Of a stretch of 64,000 bases of DNA, positions 48,310-55,923 are shown in pieces (position 1 is the first letter of the stretch; each line of letters starts with the position of its first letter). Source of the stretch: a virus. Position numbers and translations under genes: made by a program. The DNA is taken from the IMG/VR virus record IMGVR_UViG_3300020469_003811, positions 3,795-67,794 of that record; one strand, 5' to 3'. The notes under the pieces were generated by a model that made no database searches, had not been told where the DNA came from, and saw nothing but the letters and a program-made list of their open reading frames with translations.

Positions 48310-48341
48310 AAATTGCTCCTGTGTATTAAGTATGTTGTTTA

Positions 48342-49421
48342 CTATTTATTCCAGCCGTACCTCTTCCAGCTGTTTGGCATCAATGCATTTAATTTTTCTT
48401 TATCTGGGTCTCCGTGTATAATCATATGTAATCTTGCTTTGTTTGAATTGTTATGTACCCAATGTATTGTGCCCACATTCCATATAAAAGCTGTGCCAGG
48501 TGCATACGGAATCATTCCCCAATCTTTAACATAAACGCCAGCACCATTTGGATTACTAATAGCTAGATTAAAACCCATGCATCTATTTTCAGCATCTTGG
48601 TGAGGTAAAATATATCCACCGGGTTCAATCCATGAAAATCTAATTCTAGAATAATTTTTTAACGGAAAATCATGCATAAAAAATCTTTTAGTTATTGGAC
48701 ATTCGTCTGCCAGTTCAGTCCAATCTGGTTTTGGTTTGGTTGGATATTTTGTTTTGTCAACACCAACATAGTCATAGCCAGATGTGATATCAGAAGCCAA
48801 ACCAAATAGTGTTGTTGCATTCCAAGTACCACCAGCTTCATCTGATCTATGCATAAGCGATTTGTTTTTTACATTAATGGCTTCCATATACATTTTTTCA
48901 TGCGGAACTTTTAAATCTAACTGTAGCCATGGGTATGGGCAGTCATCACTCTCAAACCAATTCCACAAATCTTTATCTTTTTTTGGAAAATTATATGGCC
49001 TTTCGATGTAAGCTTCTTTCCATAATTTTAACATTTTTTCTGCAGTCAAGTTTTTTACCAATTTACTATTAATATAATCCGAATTGTTATATCCTAAAAT
49101 TAATTGAAATATAGGACTTAAACCATACTTTGCTTCCAACGTAGGCATTCTTTTATTATCTATTTCATTAGGAATAAAGAAATCAATTTGTTGTTTTTGG
49201 CAATAAGACCTTACGTATTTGTTGATAGCAGATTCTCCTGGGTTACAAACGAACACCAAATCTTTCCCCTCAACAAATTTTGCTACAGAATTTTTGTTAT
49301 AAGGCATTTCCAAAAAGTCAAACTGAAATCTTTTTTCGTTTTTCAATAAATTTGCAATAGCCTCGCTCAACCTAGGACCTTCAATATGACCTATAACTCC
49401 AACTTTAATCTGCATAACCAA
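48342..49421 (-). CDS. Asp/Asn beta-hydroxylase-like 2OG-Fe(II) oxygenase with extra N-terminal domain
   Basis: RIRF..IEPGGYILPHQD ... HWVHNNSNKARLHMI. Confidence 0.75.
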   Translation of the reverse strand: MVMQIKVGVIGHIEGPRLSEAIANLLKNEKRFQFDFLEMPYNKNSVAKFVEGKDLVFVCNPGESAINKYVRSYCQKQQIDFFIPNEIDNKRMPTLEAKYGLSPIFQLILGYNNSDYINSKLVKNLTAEKMLKLWKEAYIERPYNFPKKDKDLWNWFESDDCPYPWLQLDLKVPHEKMYMEAINVKNKSLMHRSDEAGGTWNATTLFGLASDITSGYDYVGVDKTKYPTKPKPDWTELADECPITKRFFMHDFPLKNYSRIRFSWIEPGGYILPHQDAENRCMGFNLAISNPNGAGVYVKDWGMIPYAPGTAFIWNVGTIHWVHNNSNKARLHMIIHGDPDKEKLNALMPNSWKRYGWNK

Positions 49422-50058
49422 ATTTCTCCCAACTTCTTTCTAATATATCAATCCATTCTTTGTAATGTCTTTTACCATGTGCAATAATATGTAATCTAAC
49501 TTTATTGGAGTTATTAATAACTTCATGATGTTGTCCAACATCAATTAAAAATGCTACTCCGGGTTTAAATGGTACTGTGCCTTTGTTTTTAAAATTAAAA
49601 TCACAACCATCCGGATTATTAATTGCTATATTAACCGGCGTGAATGTTCTTTGTTCGCTGTCTCTATGCAAACTAATTTTTCCACCTGGTTCAAGCCACA
49701 TAAATCTTAGTCTTTTGTATTGTCTATATGGAAATTTATTTTTAAAATATTCTGTAGTAGTAGGACATTGATCAGCAATATCTGTCCATTTGTAATCAAT
49801 TTGATCTTCTGTTAAACCTTTGTTTTCTTCGTACTGTTCCCAAGCATTGGTTTTAGTAGAACTAATACCATGCAGGCAAAGACTAGACCAGCCGCCTCCC
49901 TGGCCATAATCTCTATGTGAGACAGCCTGATCTTTAACCGCTGATGCTTCTTTATAAATTTCTTCATAAGGAATATCATTAATATCTAGTTGCAAATACG
50001 GAATAGTTTTATCTTGCTCTAACCATTCCCAAATATCTTTGTCTGTGTTTGGGTTCAT
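49405..50058 (-). CDS. Asp/Asn beta-hydroxylase-like 2OG-Fe(II) oxygenase (start revised to 50058)
   Basis: RLRFMWLEPGGKISLHRD ... HEVINNSNKVRLHII; TAAATA-N5-ATG. Confidence 0.8.
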   Translation of the reverse strand: MNPNTDKDIWEWLEQDKTIPYLQLDINDIPYEEIYKEASAVKDQAVSHRDYGQGGGWSSLCLHGISSTKTNAWEQYEENKGLTEDQIDYKWTDIADQCPTTTEYFKNKFPYRQYKRLRFMWLEPGGKISLHRDSEQRTFTPVNIAINNPDGCDFNFKNKGTVPFKPGVAFLIDVGQHHEVINNSNKVRLHIIAHGKRHYKEWIDILERSWEKFGYAD

Positions 50059-50097
50059 ACACATATTTACTCAGTGCATGAACCCATTAAGTTAGTT

Positions 50098-50349
50098 TTA
50101 GATATAAAAGCGATTGTGTGATTGTTTAAAATTTATTGATGACATTTCTTCATTTAGTTTTTCGTTGTCATGTCTTGCGGCAGGATCACTGTTATATAAT
50201 GCCAACACGTAGTTTAGCATAGTTTTTGTAGTCTTTCTTGATATTTTTTTATATTTAGGCATGGATTTTGTCTCTCTGTTCTTGTTGTTAGCGAGAACGT
50301 GTGTAGCAAGTAATAATCCATTACCCAAAGATCTAAATATGTGTTCCAT
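50098..50349 (-). CDS. hypothetical protein
   Basis: 83 aa, AAGGA SD. Confidence 0.5.
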   Translation of the reverse strand: MEHIFRSLGNGLLLATHVLANNKNRETKSMPKYKKISRKTTKTMLNYVLALYNSDPAARHDNEKLNEEMSSINFKQSHNRFYI

Positions 50350-50506
50350 CTTGTTCCTTTTGTTTAATTTTTAATTGTTGATATGCATATAAACGATCTT
50401 GTTTAGACCATTCTGTTGATGCATATATCCACATAGGATCATGCTGGTAATCTTTTTCATTTGTCACCCAAATTGCATGGCAGAACTGTTTTATTATTCT
50501 TAACAT
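50333..50506 (-). CDS. small hypothetical protein (57 aa, not in ORF track)
   Basis: MLRIIKQFCHAIWVTNEKDYQHDPMWIYASTEWSKQDRLYAYQQLKIKQKEQDGTHI*; overlaps next start. Confidence 0.55.
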   Translation of the reverse strand: MLRIIKQFCHAIWVTNEKDYQHDPMWIYASTEWSKQDRLYAYQQLKIKQKEQDGTHI

Positions 50507-50658
50507 TATTACTCTTTCTTTTGCTTACGAGCCCTTCAGATTAAATCTGTGTAAGGCTACACCTTGTTTCTCAGTTGCTCCATGTTTGATATAAAGTAGC
50601 GGGAATATCCGTTACCGCAGGTATTTATAAATTGAACATTCGAACATTAACTGACGTT

Positions 50659-51009
50659 TTATTCTTTAGATAATTTGTTAAATTCTGCACAACCATCGTC
50701 GGTGCAATTATCATCCGAATCTAATTCTTTCCACTCCTTGTCATTTTGTTCATTATATTCTTTTTGAGTTTGGTGTGGTGTTTCTTCTATTTTTTCTTTT
50801 TTAAATTTTTCACAGTCTTCACTTGCAGGTGCCAATGCACAACCTAAGATGTTTGCAATAGAATCCATTTTACTAATAGTATCTAGTAAAGTTCCGCGGT
50901 CATATGAGTCCTTTTCAGCTTCTACATTTTTATTTGGAATTGTACTGCACGAAACCACAAATAAAAAAGCCGATAAAATGCTTAATTTAAGAAATGTTTT
51001 ACTAGTCAT
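50659..51009 (-). CDS. predicted lipoprotein
   Basis: Basic N-terminus, hydrophobic stretch, VVSC lipobox. Confidence 0.6.
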   Translation of the reverse strand: MTSKTFLKLSILSAFLFVVSCSTIPNKNVEAEKDSYDRGTLLDTISKMDSIANILGCALAPASEDCEKFKKEKIEETPHQTQKEYNEQNDKEWKELDSDDNCTDDGCAEFNKLSKE

Positions 51010-51032
51010 GCGTGTATTTATAAAATGATGTT

Positions 51033-52820
51033 TTAATGAATGGAAACTACTTCAACGTCTTCTGATAACGAAGTAAATCCATTTTCTTTTGTCACAGTCA
51101 ATATTGAATTTACTCTACCTGTTAACTCGTCTTTGTGCGAAATTAAGAATATGTTTTTATGTCTTTCTCTAGTCATTTTTTTCAAAATGCTCATCGACGA
51201 TTCAACACCTTGCATATCCATACCGGAATCAATTAGCTCATCAATGAATAATAAATTAATAGGAGTACTTGTTGATTCAAATATATCTCTAAATGCCCAA
51301 CTCAAACCTAATATTAATCTGTTACGTTCACCTCTACTCAAGTTATCAAAGTCCAACTCTCTACCTAGTTCTGTAATATTGACTGATAAATCAGATTGGA
51401 ATATAACTTCATGTGGTAATGAAAGCAATTCTAGATAATGATTCAATCTTTGATTCAAATACATCAAATTTTGATCAATAATTTTCTTTCTAATAAATGA
51501 ATCTTTGCTTGTTAATAACCTATATAGAAACTCTTGGTGTTCTTTGAGTTTTGTTAAGCTATTCATAAAAGCATAATCAATATCTTCAATGTTTTTTTCT
51601 TTTAATGTTTCAATTTGTTCAATATGAGGATTTTCAGCATTGTTTTCTGCTTCTAAATCTCTTTGTAAGTTCTCTAAATTTTGCTTATGTTCATATGCAT
51701 CGTTAATATTGTTATAAGATGTGCTAGGCATAGGTCCCAGATCGCCTAACTGTTGTATGCGATTTTTTGTATGTGTTATATTTTGTTGTATGTGTATGTG
51801 TTTTTCGGTGTACTGTTGTATGCTACTTTTTTTATGTGCTACGATTTTTTCGATCTCTTGACCATCCACCTTCTGCAATCCTTGTTTACATAACGGGCAA
51901 GTCTCCCCGCCCAGCTGGGTCATTTCCTCAGTTAGTGTGTCTATGCTGTCCTGTATGCCCTGTGCTTCACGCACATCATAATCCAGTTGCTTGTTTAATG
52001 TAGTACGTTCTTGTTCTTGTTCTTTCCATGTAGCTAGTGCATTATGGTTTTCAATCTCTTTGTTCATATCAATTGAATCAAGCTCACTGATAGCTTTTTT
52101 TAGTCTAGCTATGTTGTTTGTGTGCTGTTCATTCCATGCAGTACTTTTGATTTTAAACTTTCTAATAGTTTCTTCGATACGCTCATTGCTGGCCTTGACT
52201 GCTTGTATTCTCAGTTCTTCGCCTTTAATATCCTCTTTAGTAAGCCGTACTTGCTCTTTAAGACGGTCTGCTTTGTCAGATAGCCTTGTGATGCCCAAAA
52301 GCTCTTCGATCACTGCACGTTGCTCTGTAGCCTTCATAGCCAAGAATGGCATATTGTAAGTGTTCAATGCTATGATCTGCTTGAACAACGGCTGGCTCAT
52401 GCCCAGTATTCTATTAACTTCGTCTTGTGTTAGTCGGTTTTCACCCTGTGCTTCGTCGGTGTCTTTTTCGTTCACCACTTCATCATCACAGATGAATCTA
52501 AAATATGCTGGTTTTCTACCACGTTCCACTTTGTATTTTTTGCCGTCCACTTCAAATGTACAGCTCACACTCATGTTTTTTTGATTGGTCTTGTTGATCA
52601 GGTTATCACGTTTGATCTGTGTGATAGCATCACCAAACAAACAGAAGCTCAATGCATTAAGTATTGTGGTTTTACCCGTACCATTACGTGAGCCTTCACC
52701 TCCTAGGTCCAAGTTGTTACCCAACACTAGGGTAAGTCCTGGTTGATCCAGTCTAACTGCCTGTGTGGCGTTGCCCACACTCATGAAGTTTTTCATGGTC
52801 AGTGTTTTTAAAACTATCAT
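51033..52820 (-). CDS. gp46: recombination exonuclease ATPase subunit (T4 gp46 / Rad50-like)
   Basis: KNFMSVGN, NGTGKTT, CPLC zinc hook, LSRGE signature, FIDE, ISH. Confidence 0.93.
   Translation of the reverse strand: MIVLKTLTMKNFMSVGNATQAVRLDQPGLTLVLGNNLDLGGEGSRNGTGKTTILNALSFCLFGDAITQIKRDNLINKTNQKNMSVSCTFEVDGKKYKVERGRKPAYFRFICDDEVVNEKDTDEAQGENRLTQDEVNRILGMSQPLFKQIIALNTYNMPFLAMKATEQRAVIEELLGITRLSDKADRLKEQVRLTKEDIKGEELRIQAVKASNERIEETIRKFKIKSTAWNEQHTNNIARLKKAISELDSIDMNKEIENHNALATWKEQEQERTTLNKQLDYDVREAQGIQDSIDTLTEEMTQLGGETCPLCKQGLQKVDGQEIEKIVAHKKSSIQQYTEKHIHIQQNITHTKNRIQQLGDLGPMPSTSYNNINDAYEHKQNLENLQRDLEAENNAENPHIEQIETLKEKNIEDIDYAFMNSLTKLKEHQEFLYRLLTSKDSFIRKKIIDQNLMYLNQRLNHYLELLSLPHEVIFQSDLSVNITELGRELDFDNLSRGERNRLILGLSWAFRDIFESTSTPINLLFIDELIDSGMDMQGVESSMSILKKMTRERHKNIFLISHKDELTGRVNSILTVTKENGFTSLSEDVEVVSIH
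51751..51950. repeat. bipartite element copy B embedded in gp46
   Basis: 51753-51781 matches 14732-14760 at 27/29 nt; 5 TGTATG in 70 bp; CCGCCCAGCTGGGTCATTTCCTCAGTTAGTGTGTCTATGC box. Confidence 0.7.
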
Positions 52821-53821
52821 AGTCGGTTATAAATCTCTACTAGTACGTTGTTGTCAAATGTTTCTGACTCAATATGCTTCAATTGATCCAACACAATTTC
52901 ATCAACTGACTGGAACTTGATCTCTCCTTTGAAATCAATTTCGTCTTCAGCTTCTTTGTGTGGTAGTAAACTTATTTCTCTTAACGAATAAGTTTGTTGA
53001 AAATTCTCTTTGATAAAGTTGGCTTCTTCATAACTGACATCTATGTCAATTTTGACTCTTACATGACATTCCGGTTCCAAAAACTCATCTGGATTCTTTA
53101 ATAGATCACTCAAATTCAATGTTCTGTATTTTGGACCTGCTGGCCATATCTTGTATTGTGGATCTTTGTCCATTTCCAAAAACATACAACCACGATTGTT
53201 ATCCCAAGCATCTGCGTAATTGTGTGCAAAAGGATTACCTATATAAGACACATTGCCTCTGGTTTGTCTTTTGTGAAAATGTCCTGTAAACACTTGCCCT
53301 ATATTTGCAAAGTGTGATTGGTTTAGTTCTCCAATATCAGGCATCTCGACCATGGCATTCATTTTAAAGTTTGGTAATTCAAAATGACCAAACATATATT
53401 TTGCTTTGATTTTTTTAATGCCTTTCCATTCGTCACCTATCAACCATGGAATTAACGCAACATCATCTTGTACCATGATTTCGTTGACTACTTTTATATT
53501 TGGAATTTCCTCGGCAAAGACAACACTAGAGATTTCACGTTTATCTCTATAAAACAAGTCATGATTTCCAACAATGAAATACGTTTGTTCGAATGCGTCA
53601 CTCAATCGTTTGAGATTGCTGATTGAATAGTTGAGTGTACTAATGTTAATTGACGATCTATGATGATGCCAGTCGCCGAGGAAGATGCAGGTTTCTGCAC
53701 CAAACTCTTTGGCTTCTTTTATAAACCACTTCACGAAATTTTCACAATCATTATTGTGCTGTCGTGAGTTGTTTTTTAAACCAAAGTGAATATCTGTAAA
53801 ACAGGCCGCTTTTTTAAACAT
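52817..53821 (-). CDS. gp47: recombination exonuclease nuclease subunit (T4 gp47 / Mre11-like)
   Basis: TDIHFG, LGDW, GNHD, GHFE, GHFH. Confidence 0.92.
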   Translation of the reverse strand: MFKKAACFTDIHFGLKNNSRQHNNDCENFVKWFIKEAKEFGAETCIFLGDWHHHRSSINISTLNYSISNLKRLSDAFEQTYFIVGNHDLFYRDKREISSVVFAEEIPNIKVVNEIMVQDDVALIPWLIGDEWKGIKKIKAKYMFGHFELPNFKMNAMVEMPDIGELNQSHFANIGQVFTGHFHKRQTRGNVSYIGNPFAHNYADAWDNNRGCMFLEMDKDPQYKIWPAGPKYRTLNLSDLLKNPDEFLEPECHVRVKIDIDVSYEEANFIKENFQQTYSLREISLLPHKEAEDEIDFKGEIKFQSVDEIVLDQLKHIESETFDNNVLVEIYNRL

Positions 53822-53847
53822 AATTTTGCAATCTCAACTTTATTAAT

Positions 53848-53876
53848 ATTATAGTTGAAATACAACCTTTAGTCAA
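53848..53876 (-). promoter_or_regulatory. sigma70-type promoter for gp47-gp46
   Basis: TTGACT-17 bp-TATAAT. Confidence 0.75.
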
Positions 53877-53886
53877 GTGCAAATGT

Positions 53887-54759
53887 TTATTTTTTTGCCG
53901 GCCTTCCAAACATTCTTTTTTTGGGTGCAAACTGTTTTTTTGGTTGGGCATAACTTGGAATTTCACCGGCCGCAATTCTGGATTGAGCTTCGTGTTCAAG
54001 TTGTCTAGTATATGATGGATTTTGTCCTGCCTCCTGCAATAGGTCATCTCGTAAACTTTGATGTTTCTTTTCTACATTCAAGATTCTAGTGAACGAATTG
54101 GTAATGGCCGCAGTATAATATGCAAAAGGATTTTCACTTTTGAATTCATCAAATTGCAATCCAATTTGTGATAATTGTAAAAGTGCTTGAGATCTCATCT
54201 CATCATTGTAAGTGTATCCTCTCCAGTTACCTCTGGATCCATAACGTTCACAAAGTTTCATAAACATCATTGCCAATTTGTTTGTCATCTTGCCGTGATC
54301 TAAACTAAATTCATTATGAGATGCATAATGGCTTTTGCCAACTTCTTCCCATGCACCTTTATCACTTAACTTATAATGTTTAAAAGGAATAAAGTTCAAT
54401 TTGACTTTAGTATCTGCAACTGTTTTTGGATTTGTTTTTCTTTCAAAGTCATCTGGAATATGATCCCATGTAACAACCCTAATTATAACATCTGTTTCTT
54501 TAACATCTTTGGTTTTAATTTCGTGTTCTTTTACTTGACTCTTTTTTAAACCCAATTCATCAACTTTTAGTTTGGTAAGTCTGGTAGCTCGTAGACGTCT
54601 AGCCTCCATGAGCTTTGTTTTATTCATTTTTTTAATACTTTCGTGGATAATCATATCATAAGCATTGTATTCTGGTTTCACATAGAAACAGTAACTTGCT
54701 TTGGATTTATGTATTTCCTTCAGTATATCTTTATTATTTAGGTAATTTGTTCTAGCCAT
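53887..54759 (-). CDS. gp55: late-transcription sigma factor (T4 gp55-like; start revised to 54759)
   Basis: NYLNNKD.L, NWRGYTYNDEM, FD..KS.NPFAYYT, NSF.R...EKK; TTGACC-17-TATATT promoter 6 nt upstream. Confidence 0.85.
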   Translation of the reverse strand: MARTNYLNNKDILKEIHKSKASYCFYVKPEYNAYDMIIHESIKKMNKTKLMEARRLRATRLTKLKVDELGLKKSQVKEHEIKTKDVKETDVIIRVVTWDHIPDDFERKTNPKTVADTKVKLNFIPFKHYKLSDKGAWEEVGKSHYASHNEFSLDHGKMTNKLAMMFMKLCERYGSRGNWRGYTYNDEMRSQALLQLSQIGLQFDEFKSENPFAYYTAAITNSFTRILNVEKKHQSLRDDLLQEAGQNPSYTRQLEHEAQSRIAAGEIPSYAQPKKQFAPKKRMFGRPAKK

Positions 54760-54854
54760 ATTCACAATATATGGCTTTTTACCAAATTGGTCAACCTTTT
54801 TTGTATATTTTTTTTAAATTAAATACAGCTTTAAAGAAAGCTATAAATATCAGT

Positions 54855-55616
54855 ATGAGTATTAATAATGATTTTAGAGGTAAGCTACAAGCCAAGCCCG
54901 GAGCCAAGGAAGAAATATATGGCAGTAAAGATGCCACTAGTAATTTATTGGCCCCAATAGCTGAAACGAATGGTATGATAATGCCATATACTCCAGCAAT
55001 ACAAGTGCAACACGCCTCTGTAGAATATACACAATATAATATACCGCAAACAAACTTTGATTATATGGCTTATGCTAGAAGAGCCTCTCCGAGACTATCT
55101 GTTACTATGCCATTTACAGCTAACAATGTGTACGAAGCAAGATATATGTTGGCAGTTATACATTTTTTAAGAACTGTTACAATGTCATATTATGGAATAC
55201 AGAATGACAAAAGAAGAGGTGTACCACCACCAATTTTATTATTTTCAGCTTATGGTCCATATATGTTTGACAAGATACCTGTATTGATACAAAACGTATC
55301 TTTTGGTTTAGAACAAGATGTAGATTATGTTCCAGCGGGAATGCCAGCTGATTATCAAGTAGCTGAAAGCGATAGAAGTCCGGGCCACCCTGCTATGCAG
55401 ACAATGGCAAATGAAAGAAAATCAGGAGCAGACAATTTTGGTAGTATTGACCAAGCCGTACAACAAACTTATGTACCAACAGTATGTAATATTTTCATGG
55501 ATGTAGTATATGCTCCAGTACCAAGTGTACAACGAGATCAATTTGATTTAGATTCTTTTAGAAAAGGAAAGCATTTACTTAAAGGTAACAAAAATGGTAA
55601 CAGAGGATTCATTTAA
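54855..55616 (+). CDS. baseplate tail-tube cap-like protein (T4 gp48/gp54-like; start revised to 54855)
   Basis: G.I.PYTP.I, HFLRTVT..YYG, G.PPP.L.FSAYG; TATAAATA-N5-ATG. Confidence 0.65.
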   Translation: MSINNDFRGKLQAKPGAKEEIYGSKDATSNLLAPIAETNGMIMPYTPAIQVQHASVEYTQYNIPQTNFDYMAYARRASPRLSVTMPFTANNVYEARYMLAVIHFLRTVTMSYYGIQNDKRRGVPPPILLFSAYGPYMFDKIPVLIQNVSFGLEQDVDYVPAGMPADYQVAESDRSPGHPAMQTMANERKSGADNFGSIDQAVQQTYVPTVCNIFMDVVYAPVPSVQRDQFDLDSFRKGKHLLKGNKNGNRGFI

Positions 55617-55912
55617 TGTCACAATATAAAAAAAATTCTCCATATGGTACTACAAGATTAGTAAACGATTACTTAGATATAATGTCAGCACCAAATATGG
55701 CTTATTCAGATGCTGATGAATATTACACAATTGAAACGAAATATGAAAAACGTCCAGACCTGTTGGCTTATGCACTTTACGGTGACACTAGATTATGGTG
55801 GGTGTTTATAAAAAGAAATATGAACGTGATGGAAGATCCTATTGCAGACTTCAAAGCAGGTTTGGTTATTAGGTTACCAAGTCGATCCTCAGTTTCACAG
55901 TTCGCTAATTAA
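55616..55912 (+). CDS. LysM-like baseplate wedge protein (T4 gp53-like)
   Basis: RPDLLAY.LYGD.RLWWVF..RN, G..I.LP. Confidence 0.8.
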   Translation: MSQYKKNSPYGTTRLVNDYLDIMSAPNMAYSDADEYYTIETKYEKRPDLLAYALYGDTRLWWVFIKRNMNVMEDPIADFKAGLVIRLPSRSSVSQFAN

Positions 55913-55923
55913 AGGAAACAAAA

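Noticed and set aside
50520-50585. TPP riboswitch (CTGAGA present)
   Set aside because: Lacks the ACCC..CTGAT..AATG..GCGTAGG pyrophosphate-sensor half
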